This document shows positions 8,386 to 16,779 of a stretch of 32,000 bases of DNA, one piece after another. The notes beneath the pieces were generated by a model. That model had not been told where the DNA came from. It saw only the letters and a program-made list of their open reading frames with translations, and ran no database searches. Numbering within the stretch: the first letter of the stretch is position 1; every line of letters begins with the position of its first letter. The DNA is from Methylorubrum extorquens (GTDB lineage Bacteria > Pseudomonadota > Alphaproteobacteria > Rhizobiales > Beijerinckiaceae): positions 5,040,001-5,072,000 of the forward strand of contig LT962688.1 of assembly GCA_900234795.1 (NCBI GenBank). The letters are read 5' to 3'. Both the position numbers and the translations under genes were made by a program.

Positions 8386-10647
8386 TCAGTCCTCGCCCAA
8401 AATCTTATCGGGCGTGATCGGCAGGTGGCGGATGCGCTTGCCGGTGGCGTGGTAGACCGCGTTGGAGATCGCGGCGGCCACGCCGACGATGCCGATTTCG
8501 CCGAGGCCCTTCACGCCGAGGGGGTTCGCCTTGTCCTCCTCGTCCACGAAGATCACGTCGATGTCGTGGATATCGGCATGCACCGGCACGTGGTACTCGC
8601 CGAGATTGTGGTTCATGAACCGGCCGATGCGGTGGTCGAGCATCGATTCTTCGTGCAGGGCCGAGCCGATACCCATGACGACGCCGCCGAGGATCTGGCT
8701 GCGGGCCGTCTTGAGGTTGATGATCTTGCCCGCCGCGATGGCCGAGACCACGCGGGTGCAGCGCACTTGGCCGAGTTCCTCGTCGATCTTCACCTCCACG
8801 AAGATCGCCGAATGGGTGTAGGCCTCGTATTCTTGCGCAAAATCCTTGTCCGGGGCGGCCTCACCAGTCGCCTCCAGCTTTGGCGTGCCGGTCGCCGTCA
8901 GGACGTCGGTGAGCGCCACGCTCTTGGACGGATCGCCCGCCACCTCGATGCGGCCGTTCGAGAAGACGACGCGCTCGAAATCGGCGTTGGCCAGCGGTGA
9001 GTTCTCCATGCCGCGCGCCAGCTTGAACGCCTGCTCGGCGATATCGCGGCAGGCCTTCATCACGGCGGTGCCGGAGGAGGCCGCCGTCCATGAGCCGCCG
9101 GCCACGGGGGCCTTGGCGAGCTTGGTGTCGCCGAGCTTGGTCGTGACGTGTTCGAGCGGCAGGCCCAGCGTGTCGGCGGCGATCTGGGTCAGGATCGTGT
9201 AGGTGCCGGTGCCGATGTCGCCCGTCTGGTTGCCGACTTCGAGCCGGCCGTCCGCGGTGAGCACGGCATGCGCACTCGACTGCATCATCATCGATTCCCA
9301 GATGCCAGTCGCCATGCCCCAGCCGACGAGTTCCCGGCCCTCGCGCATGGAACGCGGCTGCGGGTTGCGCCGGCTCCAGCCGAAGCGCTCGGCGCCCTCC
9401 CGGAAGCACTCCTTGAGCGCCTTGGAGCCGAACGGCTTGTCCTCGGTCGGGTCGCTCTCGGTGTAGTTCTTCAAGCGAAGCTGGATCGGATCCTGGCCGG
9501 TGGCGTAGGCCAGTTCGTCCATCGCCGTCTCGATGGCGTAGACGCCGGTCACCGCGCCGGGCGCACGCATATCGCCCGGCGTCGGGGTATCGATCTTGGC
9601 GAGGCTATAGGTGAGCGCGACGTTGTCACAGTCGTAGAGCACGCCCGACCAGTTAACGACGACCTCCTGGTAATCCTCGTAGGACGACGTGCCTTGTACT
9701 GCGTCGTGCTTGAGCGCGGTGAGCTTGCCCGAGCGGTCGGCGCCGAGCGAGACGGTCTGGAGCGCCTCCGAGCGGTAGGTGAAGGACCACATCTGGTCGC
9801 GGGTCAGCGTCACCCGCACCGAGCGGCCGAGATCTTTTGCCGCCAGCATCGCCAGGAAGAGCTGGTATTGCGGGCGCAGACCCGAGCCGAAGCCGCCGCC
9901 GAGATAGGGGTTCAGCACCCGCACCTGCTCCGGCTTCAAGCCGAAGGCGCTGGCGATGTAGTCGTGGGTGTTCGAGACGCCCTGGATCTTGTCGTAGACC
10001 GTGTAGGTGCCGTCCTTCTCCACGACGACGGTGGAGGCGTGCGGCTCCATCGGGTTGTGGTGCTCGTCGGCCATCCGGTATTGGCCGTTGACGCGGATTT
10101 CGGCCGAGTCGAACGCCTTTTCGGCATCGCCCCACGGCTCCGGCGGCGGCTTGATGCCGGCCCGCTTCATCGGCGGATCGTAGGCCTCGGGCGCTTGCGC
10201 CGAGAGGTCGGTGCGCGGGGCGACGACCCCGTAATCGACTCGCACCAGGGAGGCGGCGTAGCGCGCCGTCTCGAAATCCTCGGCGACGACGAGGGCCACC
10301 GGCTGGCCGGAAAAGACGATGCGGTTCGTCGCCAGCGCCTGGAACGGCGCGCCGGGTGGCGCCACCGCGTCCTGGTAATCCTCCGGGTTGTCGGAGGTGG
10401 CCGGTCGGTTCTCGTGGGTGATCACCTTGATGACGCCGGGCACCGCCTCGGCGGCCGAGGCGTCGATGCCCCGCACACTGCCCTTGGCGATGGCGCTCGA
10501 TACCACCACGCCGTAGGCGAGGTCGGGTGCGGCGAACTCGCCGGCATATTTGGCGAGGCCGGTGACCTTGGCCGGGCCATCGACGCGGCTGACGGCGCTG
10601 CCGACGAACCGGTCGCGGCCGGCCGCCGGGCTGATCTGGACGGTCAT
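8386..10647 (-). CDS. xanthine dehydrogenase-family molybdopterin-binding large subunit (PaoC/YagR-like aldehyde oxidoreductase)
   Basis: An intact 753-aa ORF with family motifs (GGGFG, aldehyde oxidase/XDH a/b-hammerhead region, ...GLGEIGIVGVAAAISNAVYHATGKRIRHLPITPDK). It has an ATG with a GGAG SD, 9 nt after the FAD-subunit stop. Confidence 0.9.
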   Translation of the reverse strand: MTVQISPAAGRDRFVGSAVSRVDGPAKVTGLAKYAGEFAAPDLAYGVVVSSAIAKGSVRGIDASAAEAVPGVIKVITHENRPATSDNPEDYQDAVAPPGAPFQALATNRIVFSGQPVALVVAEDFETARYAASLVRVDYGVVAPRTDLSAQAPEAYDPPMKRAGIKPPPEPWGDAEKAFDSAEIRVNGQYRMADEHHNPMEPHASTVVVEKDGTYTVYDKIQGVSNTHDYIASAFGLKPEQVRVLNPYLGGGFGSGLRPQYQLFLAMLAAKDLGRSVRVTLTRDQMWSFTYRSEALQTVSLGADRSGKLTALKHDAVQGTSSYEDYQEVVVNWSGVLYDCDNVALTYSLAKIDTPTPGDMRAPGAVTGVYAIETAMDELAYATGQDPIQLRLKNYTESDPTEDKPFGSKALKECFREGAERFGWSRRNPQPRSMREGRELVGWGMATGIWESMMMQSSAHAVLTADGRLEVGNQTGDIGTGTYTILTQIAADTLGLPLEHVTTKLGDTKLAKAPVAGGSWTAASSGTAVMKACRDIAEQAFKLARGMENSPLANADFERVVFSNGRIEVAGDPSKSVALTDVLTATGTPKLEATGEAAPDKDFAQEYEAYTHSAIFVEVKIDEELGQVRCTRVVSAIAAGKIINLKTARSQILGGVVMGIGSALHEESMLDHRIGRFMNHNLGEYHVPVHADIHDIDVIFVDEEDKANPLGVKGLGEIGIVGVAAAISNAVYHATGKRIRHLPITPDKILGED

Positions 10648-10656
10648 GGCTGCTCC

Positions 10657-11673
10657 TTACTGGATGCGCTTGTCGGACTGGGACTGGGGCGTGCCGGCGG
10701 CGGCCTGCTCCAGGCCTCGGACGATGGCGCGGCGCGCCAGCTCGATCTTGAAGCCGTTGGTCGCCTGCGGCTTGGCCTCGCGCAGGATCAGGTCCGCCGC
10801 GGCCTTGAAGGTCTCGCGGGTGGCCGGCTTGCCCTGAAGCAGCGCCTCGGCTTCCGTGTTGCGCCAGGGCTTGTGGGCGACGCCGCCGAGCGCGAGGCGT
10901 GCGGTGCGGATGGTCTGGCCGTCGAGTTCGAGCGCGGCGGCGACCGAGACCAGTGCGAAGGCGTAGGAGAGCCGGTCACGCAGCTTCAGATAGGTGTGAT
11001 GCTTGCCGCCAAAGCCCTTGGCCGGCAGGTCGATGGCGAGGATGATCTCACCGGGCGCGAGATTGGTGTCTTTCGAGGGCTCGTCGCCGGGCAGGCGGTG
11101 GAAGTCGGCGAAGGGGATCGAACGGTCACCCTGCGGCCCGCTCACCTGCACGGTCGCTTCCAACGCGGCGAGCGCCACGCACATGTCGGACGGGTGGGTG
11201 GCGATGCAGTGCTCGCTGGTGCCGAGGATCGCGTGAATGCGATCGACGCCACCGATGGCCGAGCAGCCGGAGCCCGGCTCGCGTTTGTTGCAGGGCGTGG
11301 CCGTATCGTAGAAGTAGTAACAGCGGGTGCGCTGCAGCAGGTTGCCGCCGGTCGAGGCCGCGTTGCGGAGCTGCGCCGAGGCGCCGGCCAGGATCGCGTC
11401 CGCCAGCAGCGGGTAGCGCTCGCGGATGCGGGCATCGTAGGCCAGCGTCGCGTTGGTCACGAGCGCGCCGATGCGCAGGCCGCTGTCGCGCTCCTCAATC
11501 TCGCCGAGCGGCAGGCGGGTGATGTCGATGAGCTTGCCCGGCCGCTCGACGTCGTACTTCATCAGGTCGATGAGGTTGGTGCCGCCGGCGATGAAGCGGG
11601 CCGCCGGGTCGCTGCCCAGCGCCTGCACCGCCTCCGCCACCGTGCTGGGGCGAACGTAATCGAAGCGGTTCAT
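10657..11673 (-). CDS. xanthine dehydrogenase-family FAD-binding subunit (PaoB/YagS-like)
   Basis: The 338-aa ORF MNRFDYVRPSTVAEAVQALGSDPAARFIAGGTNLIDLMK... is a CO dehydrogenase flavoprotein-type FAD-binding domain. Its start overlaps the 2Fe-2S subunit stop (ATGA). Confidence 0.9.
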   Translation of the reverse strand: MNRFDYVRPSTVAEAVQALGSDPAARFIAGGTNLIDLMKYDVERPGKLIDITRLPLGEIEERDSGLRIGALVTNATLAYDARIRERYPLLADAILAGASAQLRNAASTGGNLLQRTRCYYFYDTATPCNKREPGSGCSAIGGVDRIHAILGTSEHCIATHPSDMCVALAALEATVQVSGPQGDRSIPFADFHRLPGDEPSKDTNLAPGEIILAIDLPAKGFGGKHHTYLKLRDRLSYAFALVSVAAALELDGQTIRTARLALGGVAHKPWRNTEAEALLQGKPATRETFKAAADLILREAKPQATNGFKIELARRAIVRGLEQAAAGTPQSQSDKRIQ

Positions 11674-12194
11674 CGGGCGTCTCCCTGGTGCATGACCTCT
11701 TCGATGGCATCGACGATGTTGGTGTAGGCGCCGCAGCGGCAGATGTTGCCGCTCATCGCCTCACGGATCTCGTCGCGGGTCTTGGCGTGGCCCTCGTTCA
11801 TCAAGCCGACCGAGGAGCAGAGCTGGCCCGGCGTGCAGTAGCCGCACTGGAAGGCGTCGTGCTCGACGAAGGCTTCCTGGATCGGGTGAAGGCTATTCTT
11901 GCCCTCGCGCTGGGCGAGGCCGGCGAGCCCCTCGACGGTGGTAATCTCGGCGCCGTCCTTCATCACCGCGAGGGTGAGGCAGGAATTGATGCGGGTGCCG
12001 TTCACGAGAACGGTGCAGGCGCCGCACTGACCGTGGTCGCAGCCCTTCTTGGTGCCGGTCAGATCGAGGCGCTCGCGCAGGAGATCGAGCAGCGTGGTCC
12101 AGGGCGCTACCTGAAGCGCGCGCCGCTCGCCATTGATGGTGAGCGTGATGCCGATTGTCCCGACGGCGCCGGGCGAACCGCTGTCGATGAGCAT
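11670..12194 (-). CDS. xanthine dehydrogenase-family [2Fe-2S] small subunit (PaoA/YagT-like), no Tat signal seen
   Basis: Track ORF 11670..12371. It contains TINGERRALQVAPWTTLLDLLRERLDLTGTKKGCDHGQCGACTV...FQCGYCTPGQ...GNICRCGAY. The start was chosen at ATG 12194 (174 aa); ATG 12245 is an alternative. The N-terminal extension has no RRxFLK motif. Confidence 0.85.
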   Translation of the reverse strand: MLIDSGSPGAVGTIGITLTINGERRALQVAPWTTLLDLLRERLDLTGTKKGCDHGQCGACTVLVNGTRINSCLTLAVMKDGAEITTVEGLAGLAQREGKNSLHPIQEAFVEHDAFQCGYCTPGQLCSSVGLMNEGHAKTRDEIREAMSGNICRCGAYTNIVDAIEEVMHQGDAR

Positions 12195-12482
12195 GGTTAC
12201 ATCCGTGATGAGGCTCGGGCTCCGCACGGACGGAACGCGAGGCATAAGGCTTCGCGAGGGGCCGGACGGGGAGCGCGTCTTGGAAGGGCGTGGGCTCAGG
12301 GCCCGCACCGGGTCGTGGCGATAACGATTCCAAGGTGGCCCTGTTCCGCTCGCCCTGGGGAGGGACGGCACGGCGCGATCACGGACCAGCGAGGCTTAGG
12401 CGCGCTTCCCGGCGGGCCGGGGTTACGCGGGGCGAGAAGCTCGGCTAACGCTTGCCCCGCACGCCGACTTCGAGGAGCCGCC

Positions 12483-13868
12483 ATGGCCGATGCACTCGAC
12501 CCCGTCCTCAACGACATCGACCGCGATCTGGACAACAGCCTGGAGCGGCTGTTCGCGTGGCTGCGCATCCCCTCGATCTCGACGGATTCCGCCTATGCCG
12601 GCCATTGCCGCGAGGCGGCGCACTGGCTCGAAGGAAACCTGACGGCGCTCGGCTTCGAGACCAGTGTCGCGGAGACCTCGCTGCATCCCGTCGTGCTGGC
12701 GCACCGCCCGAAGCCGGGGGCGCCGCACGTGCTGTTCTACGGCCATTACGACGTGCAGCCGGTCGATCCGGAAAACCTCTGGAAGACGCCGCCCTTCGAG
12801 CCGCGCATCGACGAGACGGGAAACTCGAAAAAAATCGTCGCCCGCGGTGCGTCCGACGACAAAGGTCAGGTCATGACCTTCGTCGAGGCGTGCCGGGCGC
12901 ATCTCGCGATGAACGGCGACCTGCCCGTCGGCGTCACCATCCTGATCGAGGGTGCCGAGGAGAACGGCTCTCAGGGGTTGCCCGAATGGGTCGAGGCCAA
13001 CCGCGAGCGGCTGAAGGCCGACGTGGTGCTCGTCTGCGACACCGGCATGTGGGATCGGCAGACGCCGCAGATCACCACCTCGCTGCGCGGGCTCGCCTAT
13101 TACGAAGTGAAGGTGACCTGCGCCGACCGCGACCTGCATTCCGGCTTCTTCGGCGGTGCGGCGGCCAACCCGATCCACGTCCTGTCGCGGATCATCGCCG
13201 ACCTCCATGACGCGGACGGCCGCGTGACCCTGCCGGGCTTCTACGACGGCGTGCGCGAGCCCCCGCCCGAGCTGCTGGAGCAGTGGCGCGGTCTCGGCCT
13301 GACCCCTGAGAAGTTCCTGGGACCCATCGGCCTAAAAGAGCCGGCCGGCGAGCGCGGGCGCCTGCCGATCGAGTTGATCCAGTCGCGCCCGGCCTGCGAC
13401 GTCAACGGCATCATCGGCGGCTATACCGGCGAGGGGACGAAGACCGTCATCGCCTCCCAGGCCTCCGCGAAAGTCTCGTTCCGCCTCGTGGACGACCAGG
13501 ACCCGGAGCAGCTCTCGAAGACCTTCGAGGCCTTCGTGCGCGCGCGCATCCCCGCCGACTGCTCGGTCGAGGTGATCTGCTACAAGGGCTCGCGGGCGGT
13601 GGCCTTGCCCTACGACATGCCGCAGCTCGCCGCCGCCCAGGCCGCGCTCGCGGCCGAGTGGGGCCGCCCGGCGGTGGCGGTGGGGGCTGGCGGCTCGATC
13701 CCGATCGTCGGCGACTTCAAGCGCATCCTCGGCCTCGATACCCTGCTGATCGGCTTCGGCCTCGACGACGACCGCATCCACTCGCCCAACGAGAAGTACG
13801 AACTGACGAGCTTCCACAAGGGCACGCGCTCCTGGGCGCGGATCCTCTCGGCGTTGGCGCAGGCGTGA
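12483..13868 (+). CDS. M20-family metallopeptidase (CNDP/Dug1-like dipeptidase)
   Basis: Uses ATG 12483 (GAGGAG 6 nt upstream) within track ORF 11688..13868. It contains MADALDPVLNDIDRDLDNSLERLFAWLRIPSIS...HVLFYGHYDVQPVDPENLWKTPPFEP...ARGASDDKGQ...IEGAEENGS. It is 461 aa. The upstream part of the track ORF is an antisense shadow. Confidence 0.85.
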   Translation: MADALDPVLNDIDRDLDNSLERLFAWLRIPSISTDSAYAGHCREAAHWLEGNLTALGFETSVAETSLHPVVLAHRPKPGAPHVLFYGHYDVQPVDPENLWKTPPFEPRIDETGNSKKIVARGASDDKGQVMTFVEACRAHLAMNGDLPVGVTILIEGAEENGSQGLPEWVEANRERLKADVVLVCDTGMWDRQTPQITTSLRGLAYYEVKVTCADRDLHSGFFGGAAANPIHVLSRIIADLHDADGRVTLPGFYDGVREPPPELLEQWRGLGLTPEKFLGPIGLKEPAGERGRLPIELIQSRPACDVNGIIGGYTGEGTKTVIASQASAKVSFRLVDDQDPEQLSKTFEAFVRARIPADCSVEVICYKGSRAVALPYDMPQLAAAQAALAAEWGRPAVAVGAGGSIPIVGDFKRILGLDTLLIGFGLDDDRIHSPNEKYELTSFHKGTRSWARILSALAQA

Positions 13869-13897
13869 GGGCGACGCGGCGCCGATGACACCGGGAA

Positions 13898-14016
13898 TTC
13901 CCATCCGCCGTCCTCATCCTGAGGTGCCCGCGCCAGCGGGCCTCGAAGGGTGTTCCAGATCCCACGCGATCCCTGGACGATCCTTCGAGGCCGCTGCGCG
14001 GCACCTCAGGATGAGG
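13898..14016. repeat. nested palindromic intergenic repeat, family A, copy 1
   Basis: It has perfect 16-bp terminal inverted repeats, CCTCATCCTGAGGTGC (13912-13927) and GCACCTCAGGATGAGG (14001-14016). Inner inverted repeats are CCTCGAAGG ... TCCTTCGAGG. The left flank TTCCCATCCG is shared with the copy at 20018-20137. Confidence 0.8.
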
Positions 14017-14065
14017 CTCTGCGGGTGGGAGGCTCGTTGGTCCCCTCGGCAAACGGCGTGACGGC

Positions 14066-14755
14066 ATGAGTGCCGCTGCGCTGTCACAGCCGATGCAGGG
14101 GGCCGTCCCCGGCCGGCTCATCGAGGCCGCGCCCGGCGCCTGCGTGCTGCGCTTTCCCCTGCCGCCCTCGCTGCCGATTCCGCTGCATGTCGCGGCGCCC
14201 GAGACGGTGCGGCTGGTGACCTGGGTCTTTTCCGGCCTTGAAGCGGGTGCGCCGGACGGTCCCGTCTGCCTGCTGGCGCTCGAAGCGGAGGGTGCTGCAC
14301 TGCGCGAGGGCGTCACCCTCGCCACGCATTTCCGCGACCTCGTGGTGCGGTCCGAGCCGGCCGCGAGCGATGTCCTGCCTCCGTCCGAGCGAACCCTGCT
14401 CGCGCGGGCGCTGCTCTCGGCGGGCACGGCCGGGCTCGCGCCGCTCGGGCGCCTGTTCGGCCTCATCGAGGCGTCGGTCATCGCGCTGCCGGCCGCCGAG
14501 GATGCGCCGGATCTCGCCGACGAGGATCACGGTTGGTCGCTGGGCGGCACCGCGATCCCGCACGGCCTGCTGTTTCGCGCACGCGCCGGCTGGGGCTGTG
14601 CGCGGGTGGCCGGGGCACGGCTGCGCTTTGGCCGGCACCCGCGCCAGCATCTGACCCTCGAACCCGTTTGGGGTGCGGCGCCCGAGGGCCTGCCGGAGCG
14701 TTCCATCGCGCTCCACGCCCACGGCTTCACGGCGCTGACGATAGGGGCCTCGTGA
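14066..14755 (+). CDS. hypothetical protein (229 aa), first gene of the glycosyltransferase cluster
   Basis: Track ORF with an ATG start and high GC3. Its stop overlaps the next start (TGATG). I recognise no family (MSAAALSQPMQGAVPGRLIEAAPGACVLRFPLPPSLPIPLHVAAPETVRLVTWVFSG...). Confidence 0.55.
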   Translation: MSAAALSQPMQGAVPGRLIEAAPGACVLRFPLPPSLPIPLHVAAPETVRLVTWVFSGLEAGAPDGPVCLLALEAEGAALREGVTLATHFRDLVVRSEPAASDVLPPSERTLLARALLSAGTAGLAPLGRLFGLIEASVIALPAAEDAPDLADEDHGWSLGGTAIPHGLLFRARAGWGCARVAGARLRFGRHPRQHLTLEPVWGAAPEGLPERSIALHAHGFTALTIGAS

Positions 14756-16776
14756 TGCCGCTCGACCAAGCGGAGAAGCCCGCGATCCTCGTGCTCGCAC
14801 CGATGCCGGCCGCGCCCGTAAGCGCCGGCAACCGGCGCCGGTTGGCGGCCACCTGCGAGGCGCTGACCCGCGGCGGCTTTGCCATCGATCTCGCCTATTA
14901 CGCCCACGAGGATCAGATCTATCGCCGCTTCGGCCAGCACCCGCCGACCGATCTCGTGGAAATGGAGCGGACGTTCCGCAACGTCTTCCTGATCGAGGCG
15001 CGGACCGTGATCCCGCTGAAGACGCGCTCGACCGCCTTCGGAATCGACGAATGGTGTCCCGACGAGGTCGGCGACTTCGTCGCGTGGTACTGCTCCGCGT
15101 ATCCCGAAACCGGCGCGGTGCTGGTGAACTACGTCTTCCTGTCGCGCGCCCTGGAACGGGTGCCGCCGGGCGTCCTGACACTGATCGACACCCACGACCG
15201 CTTCGCCGGCCGCCAGACCCAGTACCGGCCGTTCCGCGCCGAGCCGAACTTCTTCTACACCGACGCGGCCGGCGAGGCGGCGGGGCTGTCGCGGGCCGAC
15301 GTCGTGCTGGCGATCCAGGCGGCGGAAGCCGGCTCCTTTGCGAGCCTGACCGACAGCCGCGTCCTGCTGCTGCCCCCGCATTTCCCGGCCCAGAAGCCGT
15401 TCGCCGTGCCGGAACGGGTCGCCCGCATCGGCTTTCTCGGCCACGGCAACGACCCGAACCTGTTCTCCATCGGCCGCTTCATCCGCGCTTGGCGCGACGG
15501 CTGGACCCCGGATCGGCCCGAACTCGTCATCGCCGGCGAAATCTGCCGCAGCCTGCCCGGCGTCGAAGGACCCGGCGTGCGGCTGCTCGGCTATCTCGAC
15601 CGGCTTGAGGATTTCTACGCGCAGGCCGACCTCGTCGTGGCACCGATGCTGATGGGCTCCGGGCTCAAGATGAAGGTCGGCGAGGCGCTCTCCTTCGGCC
15701 GCCCGGTCATCGGGACCGAGATCGGCCTCGAAGGTTTCGAGCCGGTGGAGCCGGCCCATCGCTGCTGCGACGTCGAGGCGGTGAAGGCGGCGGTGCTGGC
15801 GGTGGCAGCCGACGCCGAGGCCCTGGCGCGGCTGACACGGGCGAGCGAGGCGCTGTTCACGCGCTACGCCGCGACCGCGCTGGCGGCAGAGGCGGAGCTG
15901 ATTGAGCTTCTTAGGGCACGGCGGGTCGAGCATCGCATCCCCTCTCCCCGCAAGCGGGGAGAGGGTCGCGACGACCTGGTCGTCGGCGCGACAAGCGGTA
16001 GCGAGGGTGAGGGGGCTTTTCAGGATGCGGCTCTTTCTGAATCGCCCCCTCACCTTCGCCTGCCGGCTCGCTCCGCCGACGACGAGGTCGGCAGAGCCCT
16101 CTCCCCGCGTGCGGGGAGAGGGAATGCCAATCCGGATGCGGAGTCGTTTGTTGTCCGCGGTGGCGGCCTCGTTCTGACCTGTGAAACCTCCGCCCGCTCC
16201 CGGCCCGCCGCCGATCCCGATCTCGGCGTGCTGGTCGCCACCGAGCGGCGACCCGGCCACGGTACGGCGGCGGTCTACACACCGCGGCGTCAGCGCTGGT
16301 TCGCCCGTGTGGAGGCGTCAGCCGACGGCGCGGCGCCCGATCTCGGTCCGCTCGATGTCGCGCTGTCGCCCGAATGGGTGCGCGACAGAACGCTGCCGCC
16401 CCTAACCCGCGCGGCGCTGGCCCGTGCCTTCGCCGGGATGCAGGCGGATTGGGAGACGGAAGGCCGGATCGTCGGCTGCGCGGGGGATCGGCTTGAGATC
16501 GAAACCCTGCTGCCCGGCGTGCTCGTCAACGGCACGCACCCGGCGGCCGCCTTCCTGGTCGCGGGGGAGGGCGCTTCCGAATGGCGCTTGGAGCGAGTCA
16601 CGCCGCTCCACCGGCGCCGGATCGATACCTATGCCAACCTCACCGGCCGCCTGCCGGCACCGCTGCCCGTAAGCTTGTCCTTCCGCGGGGCGGCCACAGG
16701 CCCGGCGAGCGGGTGCCTCCTGTTCCTCACCGATGACGGGATCGGCCGGATCATCCTGCCGGAGGGCGCGGCTTAG
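14755..16776 (+). CDS. GT-B (GT4/GT1-type) glycosyltransferase read through a palindromic repeat into an uncharacterised C-terminal module of about 217 aa
   Basis: Uses ATG 14755 in track ORF 14533..16776. Residues 1 to about 395 form a complete GT-B enzyme (ILVLAPMP...; ...VVAPMLMGSGLKMKVGEALSFGRPVIGTEIGLEGF...). Next come 61 codons encoded by repeat B (IPSPRKRGEGRDDLVVG...SPRAGRGN). A high-GC3 region of unknown function follows, running to TAG 16776. Confidence 0.7.
   Translation: MPLDQAEKPAILVLAPMPAAPVSAGNRRRLAATCEALTRGGFAIDLAYYAHEDQIYRRFGQHPPTDLVEMERTFRNVFLIEARTVIPLKTRSTAFGIDEWCPDEVGDFVAWYCSAYPETGAVLVNYVFLSRALERVPPGVLTLIDTHDRFAGRQTQYRPFRAEPNFFYTDAAGEAAGLSRADVVLAIQAAEAGSFASLTDSRVLLLPPHFPAQKPFAVPERVARIGFLGHGNDPNLFSIGRFIRAWRDGWTPDRPELVIAGEICRSLPGVEGPGVRLLGYLDRLEDFYAQADLVVAPMLMGSGLKMKVGEALSFGRPVIGTEIGLEGFEPVEPAHRCCDVEAVKAAVLAVAADAEALARLTRASEALFTRYAATALAAEAELIELLRARRVEHRIPSPRKRGEGRDDLVVGATSGSEGEGAFQDAALSESPPHLRLPARSADDEVGRALSPRAGRGNANPDAESFVVRGGGLVLTCETSARSRPAADPDLGVLVATERRPGHGTAAVYTPRRQRWFARVEASADGAAPDLGPLDVALSPEWVRDRTLPPLTRAALARAFAGMQADWETEGRIVGCAGDRLEIETLLPGVLVNGTHPAAAFLVAGEGASEWRLERVTPLHRRRIDTYANLTGRLPAPLPVSLSFRGAATGPASGCLLFLTDDGIGRIILPEGAA
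15940..16122. repeat. composite palindromic repeat, family B (MITE/REP-like), inside an ORF
   Basis: The terminal hairpins are CCCTCTCCCCGC-AA-GCGGGGAGAGGG (15940-15965) and CCCTCTCCCCGC-GT-GCGGGGAGAGGG (16097-16122). The inner inverted repeat is GCGAGGGTGAGGGGGC ... GCCCCCTCACCTTCGC. The left arm and the reverse complement of the right arm align over about 78 nt. Total length is 183 bp, or 61 codons. Confidence 0.75.
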
Positions 16777-16779
16777 CCC

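Noticed and set aside
8217-8417. 66-aa plus-strand ORF in the crcB leader.
   Set aside because: It runs straight through the bidirectional terminator hairpin and into the 3' end of the Mo-hydroxylase gene. Its composition is poor and it has no SD.
11670-12371. Tat signal on the 2Fe-2S subunit, as in periplasmic E. coli PaoA, using the longer 233-aa ORF.
   Set aside because: The N-terminal extension (MPSLPRASGTGPPWNRYRHDPVRALSPRPSKTRSPSG...) has no RRxFLK motif or hydrophobic h-region and looks non-coding. The shorter start at 12194 gives a normal cytoplasmic small subunit.
12195-12482. Moco-type or other riboswitch in the 288-bp divergent region upstream of the Mo-hydroxylase operon.
   Set aside because: I cannot recognise any conserved riboswitch core by eye, and the region also has to hold two divergent promoters. 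It would need an Rfam scan, so I make no claim.
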